Shown here: in pieces, positions 17,392 through 25,732 of the stretch | How positions within the stretch are numbered: position 1 is the stretch's first letter | How the letters are laid out: every line of letters starts with the position of its first letter | NCBI GenBank assembly: GCA_964648855.1 | Contig: CAZYLT010000004.1 | Coordinates: 169,532 to 201,531, forward strand | Origin: an uncultured archaeon | GTDB lineage: Archaea; Asgardarchaeota; Thorarchaeia; Thorarchaeales; Thorarchaeaceae | DNA: 32,000 nt | Direction: 5' to 3' | Translations under genes and position numbers: made by a program | Notes under the pieces: model-generated | Database searches by the model: none | Told to the model about the DNA's origin: nothing | Seen by the model: only the letters and a program-made list of their open reading frames with translations

Positions 17392-18209
17392 TTGCATATT
17401 CCCATTATCTGTCCTAAAAACTACTACAGTTGCAGTTTTGAGATAGAATATAATCCACAGAAGATATTCGTCTTGATGCCTTTCGGGGAAGAGCAAGCCC
17501 CACAGAGTCTATTCACAGACGTCCTGAAGGAACTTCCAGGATGGCAAGTAGAACGTGCAGATACAGATCTAAGCAAACCAGAAATTTGGTGCAAGATTTG
17601 TGCGAATATTCAAGAATCCAGAGCTATTGTTGCCGACCTACCGGGCAGAATCCGAATGTTTTTCTTGAATTAGGGCTCGCCTGGGGTTTAGGTAGGCCGT
17701 TTATTTTGCTAGCTCAGGAAACGAGAAATCTGCCCTTTGATACTAGAACCTTTCATGTTATTACTTATGATAGAGCTGAAGGGGATGTACTAAATCCCGA
17801 TGAACTAGCAACGGATATTCTTCAATCACTAGATAAAATACCACAAATTCCAATGACAGAAGAAATCAAAGCGAGAAGTCCTGAAGAGTTTCTCTACCAG
17901 AGGATACCGAATGCAAAAAATAGGTCTGTACATCTATGGAAGAAATCCGGAAATCATTTTGTTTTGAGTGATATAGAGCTATCAGCATATCGAGTAGCTT
18001 TAGCCCTTCTGCGAACATACCCTTCGCCTGCAATGGTTAAGTCAATTGCAAAAGAAACGAGGCTTTCCAGACCCAGAGTTTCTCAAATATTGCATGGTAC
18101 ATATAGTGACACTGACAAATTCTTTGAAAAAAAGCAGTCTAAATGGACTCTTTCTGATGAAGGGATTTATTGGACAATCAACGAAGTGGTTCGCAAATCT
18201 ATCTTATGA
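17392..18209 (+). pseudogene. Nucleoside 2-deoxyribosyltransferase-like (TIR-like) domain + C-terminal wHTH, split by a single-base frameshift near 17640
   Basis: Frame 1 gives KIFVLMPF...VERAD...IQESRAIVADL. The other frame continues TGQNPNVFLELGLAWGLGRPFILL. Joined they give the ADLTGxNPNVFxELG signature, with one base missing at GACCTACCGGG. Confidence 0.8.
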
Positions 18210-18253
18210 TTGAAACATCTTCAGACATTAATGCTAAATGGGTAAGCATGCAA

Positions 18254-18769
18254 TTACTCGACAGTGATATAGGTGGGTATCACGGAGCTCTTCAACCACT
18301 CAATTCCCGCCTTCGTCAATTGGTATCCTCCCTTTAGTTCTTTGAAATAGTCTTTTGTACCTTTAACTTGTCCTCTGAGATTGGCGTTAGCAGTTGGCTG
18401 CTTCACGTCGACGTTGTTAACAACTTCTGCCTCTTCAACGGCTTTTGGATATTCTTTCAAGAGAGATAGAGCAATTTTGTGGGAGTTATCAGTTACTCTT
18501 TCGGATAGCTCGTTCTCATCCTCTGACCACAATTTGCTAGCTTCTCTCTGTAACTCCAATATCTCTAGATGCTGTTCTATTTCATCATCGAGCGACTGGG
18601 TTAAACTCCACAGCTCATGAATCAATCTATAGGCTGTTACAAATTGCCTTTTTTCCTGATCCATTCTAATGTTGCTCACCGATATTCTTGCACCATCTCG
18701 GTCTTTATTTATGGTTATACTGAAGTTGCCAACATCCTCAATGTCGATAGTTTCACTATGGCTATCCAA
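18254..18769 (-). CDS. Hypothetical protein with C-terminal wHTH-like domain (paralog family)
   Basis: KIALSLLKEYP...DYFKELKGGYQLTKAGIEW, shared with neighbouring genes. Confidence 0.7.
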   Translation of the reverse strand: MDSHSETIDIEDVGNFSITINKDRDGARISVSNIRMDQEKRQFVTAYRLIHELWSLTQSLDDEIEQHLEILELQREASKLWSEDENELSERVTDNSHKIALSLLKEYPKAVEEAEVVNNVDVKQPTANANLRGQVKGTKDYFKELKGGYQLTKAGIEWLKSSVIPTYITVE

Positions 18770-18786
18770 TTTTAAATCACTCCTAA

Positions 18787-19236
18787 CTACAGCTTCGCCA
18801 GTTTATCCTCAAATACAGATGCCGCCCATATTACTCCGTCAAGCGATATGCTTACTCCATTATTCTTGTCTAATGACAAATACCTGCTTGAATCATGTTT
18901 CTTTGCAGTTACATAAACCTTGTACGAGTTGAATGGGATCTTTAGTTTCTTCTCGATGGAATTCTTTGTCAACGTGACTGGGTAAGAAGCAGCTGCAGAA
19001 AGACAGACTGTTTTCATTTGATTTGAAAGGCTTCCTTTGGGAATGAATGCCCCCTCATCTGTATTATTACACAGCCTCCGAAGTAGCTTTATTATATCCG
19101 TGGCTCGGGCGATTCTCTCCGCATCCATAAACGCCCGAGTCACCTCTTCTGATGTTTGATTTCCAAATTCGACTGAAAATGCAGTTTCTTCATCTGTTTT
19201 TCCTGTTATCCTTTTTCTGATAGAATTCTCACTCAT
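18787..19236 (-). CDS. Hypothetical protein with C-terminal wHTH-like domain (paralog family)
   Basis: TVCLSAAASYP...RYLSLDKNNGVSISLDGVIW. RBS GAGGGG before ATG 19236 (preferred to 19344). Confidence 0.65.
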   Translation of the reverse strand: MSENSIRKRITGKTDEETAFSVEFGNQTSEEVTRAFMDAERIARATDIIKLLRRLCNNTDEGAFIPKGSLSNQMKTVCLSAAASYPVTLTKNSIEKKLKIPFNSYKVYVTAKKHDSSRYLSLDKNNGVSISLDGVIWAASVFEDKLAKL

Positions 19237-19622
19237 GTTATATTTCCCCCTCAATATTGAGAGTAGTCTAGCTATCTGGTGCATAATCTGTATCTGCCAG
19301 CTAGCAAAGCATCCCACAGGCTGCATAATAAGGAATAGACCCAACTAAAATGCTTATCGCATGCATCCCACAACACTAAATGGACATATCTAGGTGCACG
19401 ATGGTAATGTATCTGAATTTGAAATATCTGAAAAGCGAAAAGGGAATACCATCACCATAAATCTCTGTGGATCGGAATGTATACTATGAGTTCCTGATTA
19501 ACTATCTACGGTTGAAAATGAATATCAGCTAACATAAGTTTCAGAAATATGCATTCCGAATGATGATGTTCCGCTGTTCGAAATGCATTCTAATCCACTC
19601 ATAAAAATTATATTTGATGGGC

Positions 19623-20123
19623 TTAGGAATCTTTAGATTCTATTTTTTCAATGATTTCCGGCACAGTTTCCTTCAAAGCAAACTCCAAGCCCTTCTTCGT
19701 GAATTTGTATCTTCCTTTGACACAACTCTCAAAATAATCTGAATACTTCTCATACTTCTTCCTTGACCCAGTAAAAACTCTTGAGGGGCGTCCAGTATTA
19801 ATCTTCCATTCATGCGCTATTGCCGACGACCCCATGCACCTATTGTAATTGCGCAATAACGAGATTGTAACCATATGATAGTCATTTTTCAAAATATCTT
19901 TGATATCTCTTTCTTGAAATTGTAATGCGTCACTAATTTTGTCCAGTTCTGTTGAAATCCTATCCAGCATTTCAACAACTTCACATGCAATACTTAGTCG
20001 ACGATATGCATTCTTAATGTCTTCATCTGGCTTTGCAGTAATCCTCACTTTAGTTTTTCCAGCATACTTCTCTAATATCATGCTCTCAAATTTATCCTCA
20101 ATCAACAAGCAATCACGCTCCAT
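19623..20123 (-). CDS. Hypothetical protein with C-terminal wHTH-like domain (paralog family)
   Basis: MVTISLLRNYN...DYFESCVKGRYKFTKKGLEF. Confidence 0.7.
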   Translation of the reverse strand: MERDCLLIEDKFESMILEKYAGKTKVRITAKPDEDIKNAYRRLSIACEVVEMLDRISTELDKISDALQFQERDIKDILKNDYHMVTISLLRNYNRCMGSSAIAHEWKINTGRPSRVFTGSRKKYEKYSDYFESCVKGRYKFTKKGLEFALKETVPEIIEKIESKDS

Positions 20124-20243
20124 GCTTCAATTGTTCTATTATTTGTTTCAACATGTAAAATTTTTCTGAATGAGATAGGGAGTCAGAATGGTCCTCTTCT
20201 TCCAGAGGTTTCTTGCTATTCAATCGCAACACGGGCAATAGTG

Positions 20244-21056
20244 TTATGAGATATTCCTCCATGTACTGAATAATGCAATAACAGCTTTATTTACATCGGC
20301 TCTAAGATTCAACAACTCTCCCTTTGTTCCATGATCTATAATCGAATGTGCTCTTGCATTACCCTCCTCTCGAAGTTTCTCTATCACCCTCATGATTTTG
20401 TTGTCTAAACCAAATGGTTTAAAATCCTCAATACTATCACGCAGGTTCTTAATTAGTTGTGAAAGATTACGAAAACGCTGTTCCGATTTTATAAAAAACA
20501 GGTCGAGGTTAGCCATACCGTAATTAGCTCTCAAGAGGGAAACAATCAAATTCTCAATGAGCTTGCGCACAAGAACGATTGTTCCAGAATATGCACCAAT
20601 ATCGAAAGTATCGTTAATCTCACCTATCAGTTGTTCGTATTCTGGATACCCCGCCATATCCAACTCAAGATAATTTAATCTTGGAGTTTTTCTCGCCTCT
20701 CTGTCCTTCTCCCTTGTTTCGAGTTCTTCTTTTGTATACATGTCTTTGAAGCTATACACTTGCGCTTCATTATAGGCATCTTCAAGCCTTGCCGCTTGAG
20801 TCGAGTTCATTTCCAGAATCCATGCCTTTGAATCACACTTAGGACAAGTAGCCTGTTCCTGTATCGGTATTTCCACGGTTTCCCCCTCAGGAGTTCTATA
20901 ATACATTCTATCATAGATGTTCTTCCGGCTGAATCTCTTAGGTAGTGTTGCAACCAACAATCCATCCCTTTGACGGATGTACTTGTGTCTATAATCGCAT
21001 TCCAAATTCGGACAATCCACTTCTACCGTGACAGAATCGTTCAATACTTTCACCAT
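20244..21056 (-). CDS. Zn-ribbon + HEPN-like (DUF4145-type) protein
   Basis: N-terminal CPNLEC and CPKC. C-terminal GAYSGTIVLVRKLIENL...LREEGNARAH (Rx3Nx2AH HEPN-type motif). Confidence 0.7.
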   Translation of the reverse strand: MVKVLNDSVTVEVDCPNLECDYRHKYIRQRDGLLVATLPKRFSRKNIYDRMYYRTPEGETVEIPIQEQATCPKCDSKAWILEMNSTQAARLEDAYNEAQVYSFKDMYTKEELETREKDREARKTPRLNYLELDMAGYPEYEQLIGEINDTFDIGAYSGTIVLVRKLIENLIVSLLRANYGMANLDLFFIKSEQRFRNLSQLIKNLRDSIEDFKPFGLDNKIMRVIEKLREEGNARAHSIIDHGTKGELLNLRADVNKAVIALFSTWRNIS

Positions 21057-21148
21057 GTTTACTTGAAGATGATAATAAGCCTCTCCTATAAACTAATGGA
21101 GATACAACATCAAGGAACCAAGCCCATTTCCTTTTGCGCCCTGTAGCT

Positions 21149-21583
21149 TTATGGGACTAATTCTCCAACAGCAGATATTGCCCAATCTAGGGCTTCATAT
21201 TTCAGAGCAACACCCCGTTGGTCCTCTTCTATGTGCGGCTCCACATCCAAATCACTATTCGTGAGATAATTTCGAAGCGATCCCATGCTTACAGATGCGG
21301 AAAGAGTTAGCCCCTCTCTAGTTATTCTATCTGGATACTGATATAGGAGTGACAGAGCCAACCTCTCCTTTACTGATCCAACGCTCTCAGGAAAACGTAA
21401 CAATCGCTGTTCAGAATCCGTCGAAATATAATCGAATTCCACCAAATCACCAATTAGATATTTTAGTCTGCCAATCGTAATTTGCTCCATTACATCCGCC
21501 CAAGAGTCACCTGCTGCATGAAGAGTGGCATCGTCTATTTTGATTTTCATAGTGTATTTCCAATTCTCAGTTCTTTCTTCCAT
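21149..21583 (-). CDS. Hypothetical protein with C-terminal wHTH-like domain (paralog family)
   Basis: RLALSLLYQYP...GVALKYEALDW; RBS GGTG upstream. Confidence 0.65.
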   Translation of the reverse strand: MEERTENWKYTMKIKIDDATLHAAGDSWADVMEQITIGRLKYLIGDLVEFDYISTDSEQRLLRFPESVGSVKERLALSLLYQYPDRITREGLTLSASVSMGSLRNYLTNSDLDVEPHIEEDQRGVALKYEALDWAISAVGELVP

Positions 21584-21641
21584 TTTGATTCACCAGCTAT
21601 TCCAGTTTGAATTTTGATAAATTCTCGGGCATGCTACACCT

Positions 21642-21715
21642 TATTGCCATGACTATCAGTAGCCTTTCGGGCGTCGATGGTGGCAGACGGCTGTTCCACG
21701 GTTCTTCCCACGGCA
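21642..21715 (+). repeat. 74-bp direct repeat, copy B (copy of tnpB 3' region)
   Basis: 73/74 identical to 9920-9993; intergenic. Confidence 0.95.
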
Positions 21716-21739
21716 TGAGCTTCATCACACTCTCTACCC

Positions 21740-22075
21740 TTACTTCTCAGTCTTAGCTAGCAGGTCTAGCTGAAGTGCATTTGCAGTCACAATGAAGCTG
21801 CCGGTCCACTCAGGAAAGTCCGGTTCATTTCCTTGGTCCAGCATCTCTCTCCATGCCTCATCGGTTAGACGGTTGCTTACTGGTTGAGTGAACTCATAAT
21901 ATGAGAAAGTGCCTCCCCGCACCAGCTGTCCATTGATTGGAACTGCCACAATGATGATATGTGGGTTTCCTACAGCCTTTTCTAGAACCTCCATGGTGTT
22001 GGGGTCTGTGTGCACATCCGCCACGAGTGACATATACTTGTCAATACCAGAGGTGATCAATGGATCTTCGGGCAA
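21740..22075 (-). pseudogene. C-terminal fragment of a DUF3160-family protein
   Basis: LVADVHTDPN...VLE.AVG...RGGTFSYYEFTQP...RLTDEAWREML is the recognisable C-terminus of the large DUF3160 proteins. No upstream portion is present. Confidence 0.7.
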
Positions 22076-22351
22076 GGTCCCAATCTATTCAAGGGTGTGC
22101 AGTGCGGATTCGATTGTTTGAATATCAGTTTCATTGATGGCTGCCCAGCCAACTCCTTGATTGCAATGGACCTGATATCGAGCAAAAACGAGTTAATGAC
22201 TCTCCATCCTGCCATGAGTTTCAGTATTAACACACATTCGTGCAAAATGCAACAAGTTCAATGGAATAGTGCTTGGTAAAACAGCTCCTCATGTGTGCGA
22301 AAGATATACTCGCTGCTCTCGGGTGCGATTCGTACAAGAATTGAGGCGTAC

Positions 22352-22534
22352 ATGATGAGACCGAAATGCGATGGCACACAATTGAAGATGACAATTTATG
22401 AAATGAAGGTATTCGGACAGACAAGTATCTACAGCGCGGCCAAGTGCGAGGACTGTGGTATGGTATATTCCCTTACTCAGCTTGCCAAGAATCAACCAAG
22501 AGAAGCAGTTGTTGGCATGTTAAAGAGCAACTAG
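22352..22534 (+). CDS. Small Zn-ribbon-like protein (possibly degenerate)
   Basis: RBS GAGG, then MMRPKCDG...AKCEDCG. The first CxxC reads RPKC. Confidence 0.45.
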   Translation: MMRPKCDGTQLKMTIYEMKVFGQTSIYSAAKCEDCGMVYSLTQLAKNQPREAVVGMLKSN

Positions 22535-22654
22535 CATCAAGAAGAGCACGAGATGTACCCAAGAAGCACAGTCCTACTCAATTAGGAGATCTTGTGGTTG
22601 ATGAGAGATAGATTTCCTCATTGATCACTGCCGCGGAAATATACAAGGTGGACG

Positions 22655-23602
22655 TCAGTTGGTAGTTTTCTTTTTCAACATCGACATAAGAGTCTCGAAG
22701 GTATTGTCACACAACCAGATTGCCCCCTGATTGAAATTCAACGCGAGTTTGTGTATGATGCTTACTTCATGGCACGCTTCCGCAAGTCTTCGTGCCTGTC
22801 TGAATGAGGAACTGGAGTCAAATATGATTCCACTCTCCCTTGCCACTCGACGTACACAGGCGTCCACAGGAAGTAGATACGTCTGTGCTTCGACTGATTT
22901 CACGTACTCATCAACCTCATCATAGAATAGGTCTACGAGATCTCTTAGATATGTGGCTGCGCCAATATGCCCAACACCGGGAAACTGACATAGTCTTTCA
23001 TAAACTCCGGAAATATTGTGGTTTTGTATCTCATTGATGCTATATTGCACTATATTCCCAGAGGGCAATGTCATCAAAAACTGGAGCACGCCATCACCCT
23101 TGTTCTTCCCGCTCATCTCGACGCCAAACAGCATTTGAATATCGGTTTTACTCTTGTAGCTCGTACCATCATATTGTATCTTTTCAAAAGCTAGTCTTGC
23201 CCCGGAAAGGGCCTTCTCCTCTGTCCCAACTATTCCATCCGGAGAGGCTATGTCAATGATGCCGTCAAATGTATCTTCCACCATTTCCCGTATTCGCCTG
23301 GAAACAATCTTGTTTCTCCCTCGATCCAGTAGCTTCATGAGTAAGAATCGAAACGCATGCCACCAATGGGTTCGAATCAGTTCTATATTGCTTCCTAGTA
23401 TTTTCATGTAGTGATTCCGGTATAACCCCGAAAATTTTGCTACACGGGCAATCATGAGGTTGTCCATGGAAAGAGTCACCGATGCATTCTGAGTATATCG
23501 GGATATATATGACTGTGCAATTCTGTATAGCTGCTCTCTATAGAGAAGCAAACTTATGGTGCATATCAAATCGTAACGGAGCATCCAAATGTATGCAAGC
23601 AT
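22655..23602 (-). CDS. HhH-GPD superfamily (DNA glycosylase-like) protein
   Basis: FPGVGHIGAATYLRDL (helix-hairpin-helix) and LPVDACVRRVA (PVD motif). Start uncertain. Confidence 0.6.
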   Translation of the reverse strand: MLAYIWMLRYDLICTISLLLYREQLYRIAQSYISRYTQNASVTLSMDNLMIARVAKFSGLYRNHYMKILGSNIELIRTHWWHAFRFLLMKLLDRGRNKIVSRRIREMVEDTFDGIIDIASPDGIVGTEEKALSGARLAFEKIQYDGTSYKSKTDIQMLFGVEMSGKNKGDGVLQFLMTLPSGNIVQYSINEIQNHNISGVYERLCQFPGVGHIGAATYLRDLVDLFYDEVDEYVKSVEAQTYLLPVDACVRRVARESGIIFDSSSSFRQARRLAEACHEVSIIHKLALNFNQGAIWLCDNTFETLMSMLKKKTTN

Positions 23603-23689
23603 ATCTTGGTCCGTAATAGCTATTTTCTTAGGGCTCTATGACAATGTCAATTAACTACCTCATACAATTGGAAGTAGGCAAGTGATATC

Positions 23690-24412
23690 ATGCCGAAGAG
23701 CAAGTTCTCCAGAGATATCGACACGTTGCTATTGGAGCTGACGCCGCACTCCAATTCCGATGTCATGTCGAAATTGGCAAATATACGAGATCGTTTGGTC
23801 CAGCTCAAGAAACAACGAGTAGTAAAAATCAATCACAGTGTATTGGAATTACTTGTTTCAAAATACCTGCTGGAGTCTGGATATGATGTCTATGTAGAGG
23901 AACCCATGGACGGAGGCCCGCTGATTGCTGACATTCTGGCTCATCGCAGACCAATGAAGAAAGCTGAGATGCTGAAGCAATCCATAGAGCAAGAAGTCCT
24001 GATGGAAGAGTCAGAGAGCCTGCTTGTAGAGATTGAAACGGGCTTCGTACCCCCTTTCGCTGCTCTCAATCCAGGAGAATATAGACAGGCTCGCATAGCC
24101 GCCAAGATTGCCCGCTATAGTTGCCTAACTGACAGATTTGCTCTTGGCGCTCCATTCTATCATTTGCTTCAAATCCCACGCATGTACTTGAGTAACCCAA
24201 AAGAGAGAACTGAGGCTGAAGCCCAGAAAGTCAAGGCCCTATGTGATATTTATTATCGTGATCCTCGTATTCCACTTGAGAGTCTACTCTCAGCAGAACT
24301 GGATTCGGTCTACCTTATTGATGTAGATAATAGGTCCGTTTCCCGCCTATCCGCTCGCTCTTACCTTGAATATCTTCGAGGGCCGAGTGACTTGTTCAAG
24401 GCGGTCACATAA
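23690..24412 (+). CDS. Conserved archaeal hypothetical protein with PD-(D/E)XK-like motifs
   Basis: HSVLEL...GYDVYVEE...IADILA...LLVEIETGFVPP...ARIAAKIARYS. Confidence 0.7.
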   Translation: MPKSKFSRDIDTLLLELTPHSNSDVMSKLANIRDRLVQLKKQRVVKINHSVLELLVSKYLLESGYDVYVEEPMDGGPLIADILAHRRPMKKAEMLKQSIEQEVLMEESESLLVEIETGFVPPFAALNPGEYRQARIAAKIARYSCLTDRFALGAPFYHLLQIPRMYLSNPKERTEAEAQKVKALCDIYYRDPRIPLESLLSAELDSVYLIDVDNRSVSRLSARSYLEYLRGPSDLFKAVT

Positions 24413-24470
24413 ATGACCCAAAATATCACATGCCCCAAACCTTATTAGGTTACATTAACTATATTGAATT

Positions 24471-24696
24471 AGCCGTCCGAGGAGTACGCTAACGACTGAC
24501 GAGCTGAGCATGTTCGTGTTGGGCACGACCATTAACCCGATCGCAAGGTGGCCGAGCATAAATACAGCACGGATAGCTGATCGGCACATAGCGTGACTAA
24601 GTAGTACCCAATAATTCGGTAGCTGGGCATTACGTCGAAGTCATGCCTACGATGAGATAAGGCCGATAATCAGTCGAGGCTTAGACTTGGACGGCT
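24471..24696 (+). ncRNA. Unassigned structured non-coding RNA candidate (about 226 nt)
   Basis: 11-bp terminal helix AGCCGTCCGAG/CTTGGACGGCT, several nested helices, TATA-like AAACCTTATTA about 25 bp upstream, T-rich tract downstream, no long ORF. Confidence 0.6.
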
Positions 24697-24772
24697 TCCT
24701 TATTGTATGGCACATTCAGGGAACATTTTCATGGCCATCTCAGTAATATGAAACATGGTTCTTTCTCTTGTA

Positions 24773-25531
24773 TTACTCTCGTAGGAGGAGACTAAGATAA
24801 CCTCTGATGTTGTAGATATGTTCTCTCTCATGTTCAAGGAACCTACGAATGATTTTGTAAGTAGACCATTTCTCATTGGGGTATCTTGTATAGTCCGGTC
24901 TTGTCAATATCATCCCATTCTTTGATGGGACCAAAAAACGAAGGGTCTCAATACTTGCCCCTCTAACTATCTCCATTCTCTCAAGTATTGGCAGTGAATC
25001 CGCTTGGGATTCTGCCATACCAAGATACCCCTCATAGATTCTGTCAGTTTCTTCACCTAGTCTAGAAATGTAGAATTCTTCTGCATTACAAATATGTGCA
25101 AGAATGCCTTGGATATTTCTGCTCTTGGCTGGAGGGGTCTTCTCCATGACATCTAAAGGTAGATCTCTCACCAATTCCAAAAGATCCACTCTATTATATC
25201 TCATACATCGAATGCATCTCTCGAGCAAGTCATTGTTTACTCTCTGGCGATCGAAATCATAGAATGCCACCTCACCTCCCGACTCCCCTAGTTCTGCCAC
25301 GTTGGACTCAACATCTGTAACAACCAATTCAATTTCGTTGATGGTAGGAGTGGACTCTCCGTGGCTTTCTAACCATTTGACATGATAGGACACTTCTTTC
25401 TCAAGGCGAGAAATAACTTCTTCCCGGGACCTGCCTCGAGCATGTGTGCCAATCAATCCTACTATTCGGCCATACCAGAGGTTATCTCCGCCATGTTCCA
25501 AGGCAATTTTCTGAGGCATCGGATAAGCCAC
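24773..25531 (-). CDS. DinB/YfiT-family protein with N-terminal HicB-like domain
   Basis: N-terminal LIGTHARGRSREEVISRL (HicB-like), then ILAHICNAE and IRRFLEHEREH (DinB His triad). Confidence 0.75.
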   Translation of the reverse strand: MAYPMPQKIALEHGGDNLWYGRIVGLIGTHARGRSREEVISRLEKEVSYHVKWLESHGESTPTINEIELVVTDVESNVAELGESGGEVAFYDFDRQRVNNDLLERCIRCMRYNRVDLLELVRDLPLDVMEKTPPAKSRNIQGILAHICNAEEFYISRLGEETDRIYEGYLGMAESQADSLPILERMEIVRGASIETLRFLVPSKNGMILTRPDYTRYPNEKWSTYKIIRRFLEHEREHIYNIRGYLSLLLRE

Positions 25532-25732
25532 CCTGAGGTGAGATTTGAACTTAATTCATATATCCTTGCTCTTCGACACTATGAATTCCTCTTTTCCAAG
25601 TCACAATCGTCTTCGTTGTATCTACTTTGCCACCACAGTAGTTAGAGGTCGTAGATGATTCAAAGCTATTTGGCGTAAGCGAGTTCCCATATTGTGGGAT
25701 TAATAAAGGCGAATAAATTATAGTTAATCACT

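Noticed and set aside
24471-24696. RNase P RNA, SRP RNA or hammerhead ribozyme
   Set aside because: GAGGA and GGCTTA words recall RNase P, but GAGGAAAGUCC/ACAGAA and the P4 pairing are missing. No SRP GGAA/AGCA helix 8. CTGACGA is present but without the GAAA core partner.
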